Shown here: one piece after another, positions 25,457 through 38,538 of the stretch
Position numbering within the stretch: position 1 is the stretch's first letter
Layout of the letters: each line of letters starts with the position of its first letter
NCBI GenBank assembly: GCA_951406725.2
Contig: OX597826.1
Coordinates: forward strand, 45,446,001-45,510,000
DNA length: 64,000 nucleotides
From: Octopus vulgaris
Lineage: Eukaryota
Direction of reading: 5' to 3'
Translations under genes and position numbers: made by a program
Notes under the pieces: model-generated
The model's input: the letters and a program-made list of their open reading frames with translations, nothing else
Databases searched by the model: none
Told to the model about the DNA's origin: nothing

Positions 25457-25682
25457 TGTATATATATATATATATATATATATAGTTATATATACATTGT
25501 TGTTCTTGTAATTTTTCAGTGTATGGTATGTTTCATTATCGTCTGAAGTCTTAAAAATAGTTATAGTGAGTTCATTTCTCTTGTAGCCATTGCTTACGTT
25601 AGATTCTATTTCATTGAATGTATTTGTCTTCGATATCTATTTCAATGTATAATATCGTCTTTTCAATTATATACATACATAT

Positions 25683-25719
<37 letters not shown>

Positions 25720-26158
25720 ATCAGCTTTCTTTTCTTTCAGGGATGTCCTAGAGGCTGGACGTATGCTATATATATCTCTCTGTTCTATCTTTTCTCGTCA
25801 AAGAAAATATTTCTCCATCGTTTTCTTTTTTAACCATGTTCAGGTCTAACGACTCTCCATGTTTGTTTCCCTTCGGTTTGTTTGTATGTCCCCACTGTCG
25901 TGATTTTGGCACCAACTATGACCTTCCATAAATCCCAAATTTTATTTTGGTATTTGTGGTAGCAACTGCCTTCGAAGACTCATATTGTCGTTCAGTTCTC
26001 GAGGTGAGGAGTGGATAGACAGCCGACAACTGATGAAGGGTCATTCTTTATGTTACTATCCTCTTTTCTATTTTTCCTCTCGTTGTTTGCGTATTCAACT
26101 CATTTGTTTTCGTGGTTCATGTTGTTTACTGTTTGTGATGTCCTGTACCCATATATAG

Positions 26159-26232
<74 letters not shown>

Positions 26233-26233
<1 letters not shown>

Positions 26234-27361
26234 TTGGACAAAGCAATGGAAGTACCTTAACATTTCAAACAAAATTTATTATAATATGGGGTAGGACCGC
26301 CTTTGGCAGTAATTACAGCTTGTATTCTACGAGATATGAACTCGTACAAAGTTTGAATTGTTTCCAAAGGAATTTTTGTCCGTTCTTCAGCTAAAACAGT
26401 CTCCAGTTCTTGTAGTGATGATGGTGGAGGAATATCGACTCCTTAAATGTTTTCTAAAATGCACCATAAATGTTCAATTATATTGAGATCTGGGTACTGT
26501 AGTGGCGAGATAAGATGTTCAACTTCACTAGAATGTGAATTAGTGCATTATCATCCTGAAATATCGCGTTTCCCTCCCGAAACAGTAACGCAATCATAGG
26601 AGGAATTTGATCAAATAAAATACTTAGATACTCTTGACTATTAATTCTGCCACGAAGGGAAACCATTGGGCCGGCGGATTTCCCAGTTATAGCCCACCCA
26701 CCCCAGATCATCACAGATTCTTCCCCATGTTTAACAGTTCGAAGAAAGCAGTCTGGGCCAAATGCTTATTTTGGCTGTCTCTACACGTATACTCGGCCGA
26801 TGGTCGGAAATAATGTATAGGATGACTAGTCGAAGAAAATAACATTCTTTCACTACACTTGGGACCAATTCTGTAGGTTTTTACTCCACTCTAAACGCTT
26901 TGCAACGTTTGTTTTTGAAAGTTCTGGTTTTCTGATTGCGGCCCTCCCGTGAAATCCGACTATGTGCACCGCCCAGCAAACAGTTTTGTGGAAACTGGGT
27001 TCCCGAAGTGGTCATTAATCTGTGGAGTAATTTTGAGAGCTGTACTTTTGTGATCCTTTCTAATAATTTGCGTAAGAGTCCGACGCTCCATGTCTGAAAG
27101 TTTAGGTTTCCTTCCGGAGTTTTCTTACTCTAGCGCCTGCCATACGAGCATCAACAATTTGCCCTGTTTGAAAGCCCGATACGTCATTATAATGAATTTT
27201 AATTACCTTTTTCTGATGATATCTGAAAAGGAACAGCAATGTTAGCAAAACATATTAAAGCAACACTAATAATAAAAAAAAAATCATTAAAATAAACAAG
27301 CTTTTGACGGTTTTATAGATACTTCAAAATTATGATGTTATGATACTTTGTCCAACCCCTG
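26233..27361 (-). mobile_element. Decayed Tc1-family transposon
   Basis: TIR remnants gttggacaaag / ctttgtccaacccctg-TA. Minus-strand peptides SGFQTGQIVDARMAGARV, TVKHGEESVMIWG, GNAIFQDDNALIH, PDLNI and C-terminal AKGGPTPY. Confidence 0.88.
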
Positions 27362-27448
27362 TATATATATGTATATATATATATATATGTGTGTGTGTGT
27401 ATGTATATGTGTGTGTGTGTGTATGTATATATCTATATTATATATATA

Positions 27449-27551
<103 letters not shown>

Positions 27552-27827
27552 TTCTTGTGTGTACAGTCAGAGGTATTATTGCTATAGGGAGGTTTATAAC
27601 CAATAGTATTTGGTCTATAACAGCATAATTACGTAATAAAATAATCTTCTTGTGAAGAATCACTGTGCAGTTATGCCCAAATACTCTCTGAACTCTCACT
27701 GCAGAAACTGCACATAGCCACAGGAGGGAGACGCATGAGCCTAGGGAACAAATGGTATAAAATATATGTTGCGTGTATCATATTTTCGCATGGATGCCTA
27801 CCTACATACATAAATACATTCTATACC

Positions 27828-27875
27828 GGCAGCAGCAGCAGCAGAAGTAGCAGCAGCAGCAGCAGCAGCAGCAAC

Positions 27876-27941
<66 letters not shown>
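27828..27941. repeat. (CAG)n(TAG)n microsatellite
   Basis: Directly visible. Confidence 0.97.
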
Positions 27942-29764
27942 TCAGTATCACCAAAAATTGAGTCTCTGGATTTCATCGTTTTATGTTCTGGACAGATGCA
28001 TCTGTTAGTTCCTCATCACCCTAATTAAACTGCATTTTGGCTTTGTGAATAAAACAAATCTTCTACTACACTATAGAAGAATTTATTGTGACTAACAGGG
28101 TAGAAACTGATACATTCAACCATGGTGTTATACCAACGAGACACAGAAGAGAATCTTTTGCCTGGTCAGTAGATTTGCTTGAAATAGCAACTAAATATAC
28201 TTCAAATCGCGCTTACCATTTTCAAAAGAAAAAAAAGGTGTTATGGGATTAAGTGTTTCTGAATATATCGAAATAAATGGAATGGTCCCGACTGGGACTC
28301 TTAGTCATAGTTACGCTCGATTGAGATTGGTCTGGAGTTAAACAACATCAACAGCAACAGCAACTATAAACAAGTGAGGAATTAACAACCGAAGCATTTA
28401 TTTAAGGGTATTAGTAATACTTTTCTGAAGACCTTTTGCTCTTCAACTTGCCTAAGATTTTACTACTAAAAGTTTAATGTAATCGTCACCAGCAACTGCT
28501 AATATTTTCATCTTTACCCTCTTCAAGAAAGGAGAGTTTACAGTTTTGCAGCCATCTGTAATTATTAGTATTTATGCTGGTTCTTAACCCAGATTATCGT
28601 GTCCACAATAAACAAAATTTCTTGCTATTTAAATAGCATCATTATTTTGATTTATTGTTTGCATATGTCTTTGTATCTGAGAAAATAGTAGTAAATTGTT
28701 GCAATATACACGTGACTTAAACAAACAGACAAAAAATTGATATTCTACTGCGAAGGAAACAATAATATTTATGAGAACTTCCAAAATTTCAACAAGTTGT
28801 ATTCTCTTTCTTTTGCTTTTTTTTTTTCTTTCGTTCCAAACATGTTTACGAGTTGTTCTTCGTTTGATCTTGCACAATGTTTCACACTTCTTGTGTGCTA
28901 TTTGCAGGATAATTTTTCGCAAGCCGGCGGTCAATTTCTCAGCAAGCCTCCCCGTCAAAAGAAATGGTTTAAATAAATGCAAACATGAAGAGATAACACG
29001 AAAGAAAATATCCCAGCCAAAGAAGCAAAAATAAAGGAGCAGATGATGTTTATCTCGTTGTTAGCGTTAGTCAAGAGATGTTTCTTAAACTGATAGATAT
29101 GAAGAAAACACCAACTTTTTATATAAAGATAATATTATCATTTCATATATATTAACATTATTAATACTATATTGGGTGTAAACTCTTTATGCAGATACGG
29201 AATCTAGTTATGTGATAGTTTTGTTCGATTATCCAGAAAAGAATTATTGTTTTAGTACTAGGAATGCGGCATAGTTAATTCTTTAATAACTATAAAAGAA
29301 AGGAATGTATTCTTACGCAAGGAGAGAATACACCCCACCCCACCCCACCCACACCACCCCATGGAGTTGAAACCTAAACTATGAGGATGAAATATCAAGA
29401 TCGCTTGGATGGTATGTGCACTACGCTTTTCAATGAAGGCGCAAAACATTTCGTCGCGTCAGTACAACACAAAAGAGGCGGTTTATGGACACATTCCGCC
29501 CACGTTTACTATTGTCGCTTAATGCAAGATAGGTTTTTGCTGGTGATTGTTATCGTTGAGAACAACACACAATATCGGATGTTACATTCTAAAGGACATC
29601 TGTATCTGACTAAAGGATAAATACCACTCAGCTAAATTGACGTTATCGTCAGAGACACTAGACGTGAAATTACGGGTCTACCAAAGGAGGGCAGAGATTC
29701 GTCGGGCAGCTTTGTGAAACGCATCATAGCTGAGGACCCTTGAAAAAGAAAACGGTGAAGGATA

Positions 29765-30160
29765 GGGAGGAACAGAAAGAGGAGGAGACGGAGGAGGAGA
29801 AGGAAGAGACAACGAAGAAGAAGAAGAAGAAGAAGAAGAAGAAGGAGGAGGAGGAGGAGGAGGAAGAAGAAGCTGAAGAAGAAGCTGAAGAAGAAGGAGG
29901 AGGAGGAGGAGGAGGCGGAGGAGGAAGAAGAAGAAGAAGAAGAAGAAGAAGAAGAAGAAGGAGGAGGAGGAGGAGAAGAAGAAGAAGAAGAAGAAGGAGG
30001 AGGAGGAAGGAGGAGGAGGAGAAGAAGAAGAAGAAGAAGAAGAAGAAGAAGAAGAAGAAGAAGAAGAAGAAGAAGAAGAAGAAGAATTGACAAAAGAAAA
30101 TAAAGAAAAGGACAAGTAATGAATAAAGAATTGAAGAAGTAGAAGAAGAAGAAGAAGAAA
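29765..30160. repeat. (GAA/GGA)n polypurine tract
   Basis: About 320 bp of nearly pure purines on the + strand, followed by a purine-rich tail. Confidence 0.95.
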
Positions 30161-30427
30161 TAGAAGGAGCCGGGGTCGAAAATATAGCATGACGAAATTC
30201 CTGACTATTAAATCATTTATAAATGACTGCACAAAATAATGTTCCTGCAGATGCATTTGCATGTGCACATTAGAATGTCAGTGTGTTTGACACCTAAATT
30301 TATTACAATTACTGAGTCAATTATTCGGACAACGTATTTAGAAAAGGCGCAGTGCTACAATATGTTTGGTTCTAGTCTGAGAATGGCAGAAGGAATCTTA
30401 AATCGTTCGATGAAACTTTTCATCAAG

Positions 30428-30471
<44 letters not shown>

Positions 30472-32304
30472 CTATATATATATATATATATATAGATATG
30501 TACAAACACACACACACACAAGCACACGTATATATATATATAATGGCGACTGGAATTAAAATGATACACATGTAAGATTATTAATTACACTTTACGATAA
30601 ACTCACTGATTAAGTCTAACATGGAATGTTTAAATTGTGTTAATAATTGGCGATAATGAATGAAATCTTGAAACACGTTGTAGCTTTCTATAACGTGTAC
30701 TGAATCTGATTACGAAGGGAATTCGTTAAATTGAAAGTCTTTCAAACATGCAGGAATTAAATCCAAAATTTTTTCTCATACCAAGTGATCAATCACCAGT
30801 ATCAATTCTTACTATACATGTATCGTTCAAGGAGTTTCATTACAACCAGCAGCGTTTCGCTTGTATTAGCAAACGTGAAATTTAAAATTCCATGAATGTT
30901 ACATGTCTTCTGTGTGGTACAAGATGGAATGAGTAACTGTTCAAATTCATGTTTCATTTGAACCGCTCAATGCCAGTTCTGAATATCTCATACTTCCTTC
31001 AGAAACTTTAATTCTAACTTTACCACAATCCTGAATGCCTTCATTGTTTAACTTTTCCAGCACGATACATCAACAAAATCGAGAAGAACCATAAATAAAA
31101 TATCTTACGTACTCTTCAGTCTATAGACTTTATATAAATAAATAAAGTAAAAATACAAAAAGCCTCTTAAACTTTAGTGATAAACGCATTTCTTTACCTA
31201 TTGATAAAACTCGTGAAAATACTGTTGTCATATTTAATAAGCCGCCTTTGAACCTTACATGATTACAAAAATAATCTCCAACTTTACCGCTAAACCACCT
31301 GTTTTCTATCTTTTCATCGATGCTTTGAAAATTCTCTTCACTTCTCAGAAGGCAGAAGATATTGGTTCACCTTCCTTGATGCTAGTTCTAAATTTCTTTC
31401 CTCACAGTCACACTCACACACTTATCAACACATCCATATAAATGCGCACACGAATCATTTTGTCCGCTTATACTTTTTCTCGCTTTTTTTCTTTTCTTCT
31501 ATTCTAATCTTCCTTTTATTCTTTGTATCTTAAGCCAATAAAACCTGATGTAGCTTTTATTGGAAATAACATTTTACTATTAGTTTGCGACTGACAACTA
31601 AATACTATAGAAGTTGACTTAGTATAAAAGTTTCCTCATCACACGGTTTATTCGTGTGTTTATCAAGACATCTCTTTGTAAATCTCTATTAAATTAAACA
31701 CTTTTATTTTTAATTGCTACAATATAATCACTTCCTCAAATCTTCACCTCTTCGCCGAAACATCTTCCCTCTACACCTTATCTTTCTGCTTTCTAATAAT
31801 AACTTCTGAGAAACTATACCTATCTTGCCGTCACCACCGAACACTCTAATAATCTACAATAAAGAACAGGAAATTTAATGACCAAACACATCACACAAAA
31901 ATCATTTTTAAGTGAATGAAGAGCAAATTACGGTTAACTGTCTCTAATTATATTTTCCTGAAAGATTAGTCTTGCAAGAACTGCATTCTAAGCTTAACAG
32001 AGAAGTGAAGACCAAAGTGTGCAATATTACATTATTGTTTTTCACTTTAGATCTATATTTCTGTGAATCGAAACCAGTCTACACTATATTATTGTATAGT
32101 CATTTCTTATTTGCTTCTACAACTACCCGAAGGCACGTGACCTTGTGGTTAGGTTATAATATTCGTCATCGCGAGATCGTGTTTTCAGTTGCCGGACCGA
32201 GTACATTGTGTCGTAAAATACTTCATTTCACGTCGAATATCCTAACCACTAAGCCACCCGCCTTCACACACCAAGCCAGTAGTCAATTGAGAACTACTCA
32301 TATG

Positions 32305-32626
32305 AAGTTGTTGTTGTTGTTGTTGTTTGTTCCTTCTCGAGACACGCCTGGCTCATAAGGGCCGGTTCCCCAGTTTCCTTGGCGTATAAGTTCCCTACCT
32401 GGACGGGACGCCAGTCCGTTGCAGGTGAGCTGCAAGATACAGGAGGAAAGAGTGAGAGAAAGTTATTGCGAAAGAGTCAGCAGAAGTTCGCCACTACCTT
32501 CTGCCGGAGCCGTGTGGAGCTTAGTTGTTTCGCTCATAAACACACACATCGCCCGGTCTGAGATTCGAACCCGTGATCTCTCGACCGCGAGTCCGCTGCT
32601 CTAACCACTAGGCCATATGCCTCCAC
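32305..32626 (-). mobile_element. Group A-headed SINE with (CAA)n tail
   Basis: Head ..accgcgagtccgctgctctaaccactaggccat.. on the + strand; (ttg)n at the 3' end. Confidence 0.82.
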
Positions 32627-32894
32627 ACTCATATGAAGTACTCAGAGAAAATGGCAAGATTCAAGCATAGTGCAAAACCGAGAATAGTCGCGGTGATTTT
32701 TACGTAAATTTCACGTACCTCTGGCAGGAGTGCAATGGGGTTGGGGTCGTGTTGTGCCGCGATCCAGTCTACCATATTTTACGGCTAAAATACATACGAG
32801 CATAATAAACGCACTTCAATTTCAGTAATATTCAAGAAAAATGTTTTTAGAATATTAAAGCATCTCATATTTAAAACAATCTAGTTACGAAATA

Positions 32895-33110
32895 TCCATT
32901 TCAAATTTTGGCACACGGTTAGAAATTTCGGAGAAAAGGATTAGACGATTACATCGACCCCAGTGCTCAACTGGTACTTATTTTATCGATCCCGAAATGA
33001 TGAGAAGCAAAGTTGGCCTTAGCGGAATTTGAACTCAGAGCATAAAGGCGGACGAAATGCTGCAAATCATTTTTGCCCGGTGTGCTAACCATTGTGCCAG
33101 TACGCTACAA
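32895..33110 (-). mobile_element. Group C SINE
   Basis: Core aactggtacttattttatcgatcccgaaa..gcggaatttgaactcaga. Confidence 0.8.
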
Positions 33111-33249
33111 AATAATATAGAGATACCTAAGCTATAGCAGAAATCATGACTGCAAATAAAAGTAGTGAGCGTCAAGGGCAAAATTGGCTTACGGTTGACA
33201 CAGGGTTCGTCCATTTAGGACGTAGGGTTAGTTTTAAAACAAATTTTTG

Positions 33250-33660
33250 GCAGGCGTGGCTGCATGGTAAAACGCATGCTTCCCATCCACATGGTTCTAG
33301 GTTCAGTCCCACTGCGTGGCACCTTGGGAAAGTGTCTTCTACTAAAACCTTGAGAGTGGATTTGGTAGACGGAAACTGAAAGAAGCCCGTCGTATATATG
33401 TGCGTGTGTGTGCGTGTGTGTGAGTGTGTGTGTGTGTGTGTGTCTTTGCATCTGTGCTTGTCCCCCTACCATCACTTGACATCCGATGTTGGTGTGTTTA
33501 CGCCCCCATAACTTAGCAGTTCGGCAAAAGGGGACCGATAGAATAAGTACCAGGCTTACAAACAATAAGTCCTGAAGGTCGATTTCTTCGACTAAAAGGC
33601 AGTGCTCCAGCATGGCCGCTGTCAAACGATTGAAAACAAATATAAGAATAAAAGAATAAA
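33250..33660 (+). mobile_element. Group B SINE, near full length
   Basis: Head, internal (TG)n and tail gcagtgctccagcatggccgc..taaaagaataaa all present. Confidence 0.85.
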
Positions 33661-33738
33661 ATGCCATCAAATACGGTAAATGGTAGCTTCTGTCGCATGA
33701 GCAGAGGATTAAGTTTATTCGTTTTATATGCTTGTTTA

Positions 33739-34130
33739 TCTATATATATATAAAGCTGAAGTTGTCTGTGTATGGCAGGTTTGGTAGCCTTCAACTAACA
33801 CTATCTCCTCCGAGACCCTGCGGCGCAAGTTGACCAAAATTGAGAGTATGATAGAAGAAGGCTTGCTCTTCCTTCCATAGAAGAAAAAGTTTAAATCAGA
33901 CCATGATAACACCAAAAATTATTTACATCAAAAAGGTACTTTTTTTCTATGAAAATCCCTATTTTTTACGATTTTTTTACTACTGTGTCGCCTTTTTTCG
34001 GTGTATTTTAACTAGAAAAATGTTCACTTAAAGAGAATAACAAGCTACATAATGCAAAATTTTTACTTTTCAAAAATTCCAATTCTAAAGGGTTGAAACA
34101 AACCCGAGCAATGCCGGGCGATACTGCTAG
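33739..34130 (+). mobile_element. Non-autonomous Helitron
   Basis: Starts with TC after A, has a subterminal hairpin cccgagcaatgccggg, ends CTAG before T, and has no TSD. A second copy lies at 59693-60140. Confidence 0.85.
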
Positions 34131-34194
34131 TATTAATCTATTTTATATTCATTTATCTGTTTGTATATTTCATGTTAATATTTAATGCTTTAAA

Positions 34195-34752
34195 AGTGGC
34201 TTACTAGCAGAAGCGCTAGCGCACCAGGTAAAATGCTTAGCGGTGGTTAATCCGACTTCACATTCTAAGTTCAAATACCACTGGGTCGAATTTGCTCTTC
34301 ATCCTTTCGAGGTCGATAAAAATAAGTACTATGTTAACACTGGTTCGATCTGATTCACTTATCCACTCCCGAAAACTTGCTGGCCTTGTGCCAAAATTTG
34401 GAAACCAATATTTAATGTATTTAATTATAAGCGCTTGACATGTTTCTGTGTAATTCTTTGTGTACATCTTCACACTGTAACCCTTTATCGTAACATGTAC
34501 GTGTATACGTGTGAAGACCCAGTACTTGGGTAGATGTAATTGACGAATTCCCTCCCCTAAAAATTACTATTTCTTGTGCCAACAATTCGACAACGTTCTG
34601 AGTTCAAATTCCGCCGTGGTCGATTTTGCCTTTCATCCTTTCGGGGTTGATTAAATAAGTACCAGTTATACACTGAGGAGTCAATGTAATCGACTATCTG
34701 CCTTCCCTATAAAATGTCAAGGACTTGTGCCAAGAGTAGAATTATAATAATT

Positions 34753-34793
<41 letters not shown>

Positions 34794-34794
34794 T

Positions 34795-34852
<58 letters not shown>

Positions 34853-35645
34853 CCATCATTAGGGCTTTTATTACGGAGACAGTGAGTTTGTAGAATAATT
34901 AGTACGCCGGACGAAAATGTTTGGCAGCATTTCTTCCGGCTTTACATTGTGAATTCCAATACTGCCGAGGTCGACTTTCCGGATCGATTAAAATAAATAC
35001 CAGTGAAATACTGGGGTCTTGTGCCTATAGTAGAAAGGACTAATGTTATTATTGGTAGCATGGGCTGGCAGAATCGTTAGCACGCCGAGTAAAATGCTTA
35101 GCGGCATTTCGTCTGCCGCTACGTTCTGAGTTCAAATTCCGCCGAGGCCGACTTTGCCTTTCATCATTTCGTGGTCGATTAAATAAGTACCAGTTACGCA
35201 CTGGGGTCGATATAATCGACTTAATCCGTTCTTTGTCCTTGTTTGTCGTCACTGTGTTTAGCCCCTTGTGGGTAGTAAAGAAATAGGTATTTCTTCTGCC
35301 GCTACGTTCTGAGTTCAAATTCTGCCGAGGTCGACTTTGCCTTTCATCCTTTCGGGGTCGATAAATTAAGTACCAGTTACGCACTGGGGTCGATATAATG
35401 GAATTAATCAGTGTGTCTGTCCTTGTTTGTCATCTCTGCGTTTAGCCCCTTGTGGGTAGTAAGGAAAGTAGTAAGGAAATACGTATTTCGCCAGTCGATG
35501 TGCGTTCAAATACCGCCGAGGTTGATTTTGCCTTTCATCCTTTCAGGGTTGATAAATTAAGTACCAGTTGAGTACTGGGGTCGATGTAATCGACTATACC
35601 CCTCCCCTACATTTCAGGCTTTGTGCCTATAGTAGAAAGGATTAC
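34195..35645 (+). mobile_element. Cluster of group C SINEs including a tandem array, with a (CAT)n tract
   Basis: Core repeated at ~34260, 34600, 34950, 35125, 35305 and 35505. Confidence 0.85.
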
Positions 35646-35915
35646 AATTTGTATTATTGGTGTTATTGTTTTTTTTTGTGGTTGTTACAAGTGGTGTTGC
35701 TGGCGATGTAGTTGCCGTTGTTGGTGTCGATGTTGTTGTTGCTGTTGTTATTATGGTGTTAATATCATCGATAGTAATTGCACTAAACAGCGATCGGGGT
35801 ATCTTTATTGATTAAACCGAGATAAAGATCGACAGAAATTATTGAAATACTCACACAGTGAGGTGTTTTGTGTATGTATGTGCCTGTGTTTTGTGTGTGC
35901 TTTTGTATATGTGCG

Positions 35916-35947
<32 letters not shown>

Positions 35948-36072
35948 CACACACATATATACATATATGCGTATGTAAATGTATGCATATGGATACATAC
36001 GTATATTCACAGGTAGATATATAGATAGTGAGATAGAAAGACAAGCAGACAGAGAGAAAGATATATATATAT

Positions 36073-36142
<70 letters not shown>

Positions 36143-36229
36143 TGATTGATAGATATGAAAAAAACACATACACTATTCAAGTATATACATGCATATATAT
36201 GTGTGTGTACATGCATACACATGTACATG

Positions 36230-36290
<61 letters not shown>

Positions 36291-36368
36291 GTATATATAC
36301 ATGTATATATATGTATATATATCTGTATATATCCACAAACATACACGCAAACATGCATATATACATAC

Positions 36369-36430
<62 letters not shown>

Positions 36431-37825
36431 GCGCATACACAAAATACATACATATATACGTACATACACATATATATACATACACACATGCAAATCTTAC
36501 ACAGACACTAATATTTATGGTGCAGCGGTCCATGTGGCTGCATGTGTGTGTGTTCGTGTATGTCTGTGTACGTATGTTCTCATAAACATATCCTTGCATT
36601 TCCTAATGTGTACTGAACAACCTTTTAAAAGAGAAAGACGGTAATATTTATTACCACCTCATAATTCTGTAAAAGAACTCAACTGAACTATGCTGGAAGT
36701 CTGTGTTACATTGGATAACTTCTCTCACTTCTTGCCTACAGGACAGAGAGTGTATATAACATAGAATCCATCTATCTTCCATCGTTCCCCAATGCCTCTA
36801 TTCAATTTTATCTCTGTACACATTAAAAACAGGCAAAAACTGTTTAGCATATCAAGTATTTTATCAGATCTGAAAAAGAGTTACCTGCCTTTCCACGTAA
36901 TAAATAAATAAGTAAATATCTAAATATTATGTCTGATGTTGTTGATGCTGTCATTGTGGTCGTTGGCGTTGAGGTTGCTCTTATTGTTTGTGTTGTTATT
37001 GCTGTTTAGCTACTAGCTAACAATTATTGAGCAGACCTATGATTCCAAACTTTCCAGAATACGGAACAAAATTATTCAGTGCAATAGAAAGCCTAATGGA
37101 AGAGAAGAGAATAAACACCAATGTAATTGCAAATGTTGCTCAGTTTACTTGACTAAGAAATCACCCAAAACATTAACAACTATAAGCAACGGGAAAGCAG
37201 GGGCTTTCCCGTTGCTTCTATGGGCTTGTAGACAGGAAGCTTTGTAGTATTTGTTCCGGTTCTTTGTGCACTGAATTCAAATCTTATGATTTGCTGTATG
37301 AGATCAAATTACTCTGAGGCTAACTTTTCTTTTCATACTTTCTGGTCGATGAAAAACTAAATTCGGTGCAGTGAATTTGCGGAACTCTGAGAGAGTTGGC
37401 TTTGGGTTTATAACGCTCTGTCTGCAAATCCTGCCATGATCTACGCTTTCAGAGAAAAAATCCCATCAAGATCAAGTTTGCCTTTCATCCTTTTCTATGT
37501 TGAAGTAATGTTTCAATCTAAGATATTGGATCGGCAAAATTTAAGGTGTGTCGAACTGGATGCCTTGCGGTATTTGCTCTGGCTTTTAGCTTTCCGAGTT
37601 GAAATCACTCCATGGCACACTTGAATGGGTGTTTAAACACATGAAGTTTACTCTGTTGCAAGTACTCGGATCATGTCCATAGTTTAAACATAACTCACTC
37701 CTGCCATCTCGCTTGTCTCGGATGCTCTGTAAAGGGTCATGGGTTCTATTTTCTCTTTTGAACAAAAATAAAAGTTATTAACAAAAACATTCAAATTTGT
37801 AATGTCTACTGGAAGCAAAAAGAAC

Positions 37826-38150
37826 ATACGATGGTCGGCTAAAACATTTATAGGCTGACCATGATTTTCGTGGAATGTGACCAAATAAGATTCATTTTCC
37901 AACATCGTCCCTCTTGCAGTCCACATACTTCTTCTATCGGTGTTGCAGTGCTTGAATCCCAGTAGGGAAGAAGCTTTCGTTCCTGTTAGTAAAAAAAAAT
38001 CAACTACAGTAGGTATGGCGTCATCATCACTGCGATACGGGTTTCCAGCCAAGTGTTGGGAAACAGATGATAGTCTGATGGCGCCAAATCAGGAGAATAG
38101 GAAGGGTGATCATCGAACTCACAGCCACAATCACGCACAGCAGCCATTTG
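37826..38150 (-). mobile_element. Mariner transposon 3' fragment
   Basis: Minus strand reads YSPDLAPSDYHLFP (~38058-38099) and GIQALQHR..; TA-cgatggtcgg at the terminus. Confidence 0.8.
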
Positions 38151-38496
38151 AACCAAGGATTACACATTTCCAGAAGATATATGAAACTTTGAAATCTGGG
38201 ATTCTATAATGTAATTATCAACATTACACAAAGGCCTCACATCTATACACTACAACAGGTTGGTTACTCGCGAGGAGAATTGTTATACATTTCTTGAGAA
38301 GATGGTTTACATGTAGAACACATTGAAATTTCAGTAAAGCCATGGTTAGAGATACGAGAAAAGAGGGAATAATGGGTATTACGTGTTTTCATATTTCATG
38401 AAAATCTCTTTTAAACCGGCAGGAAAGAGGTTCTTTGGCCTCACATATATTTTATTGAGGTATTTGATACATAACTGTATGACTGTCCGCATGCAT

Positions 38497-38538
38497 GTAG
38501 TCTGAAGAAGGTTAGAAGACCGAAACTTCGGTCACTGT
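38497..38538 (+). ncRNA. Minimal type I hammerhead ribozyme motif (Penelope-type)
   Basis: gtagt-CTGAAGA-a-ggtt(agaa)gacc-GAAA-c(ttcg)g-TC-actgt: core present, stem II of 4 bp, stem III minimal, stem I of 3 WC plus 2 wobble pairs. Predicted cut after GUC at 38533. Confidence 0.7.

Noticed and set aside
26030-26070. CTGATGA hammerhead candidate; also at ~14001 and ~8744-8750 (minus)
   Set aside because: No properly placed stem II and GAAA downstream.
29632-30268. Poly-L/S/F and poly-K/E/R ORFs of 116-196 aa
   Set aside because: Artefacts of the (GAA/GGA)n tract.
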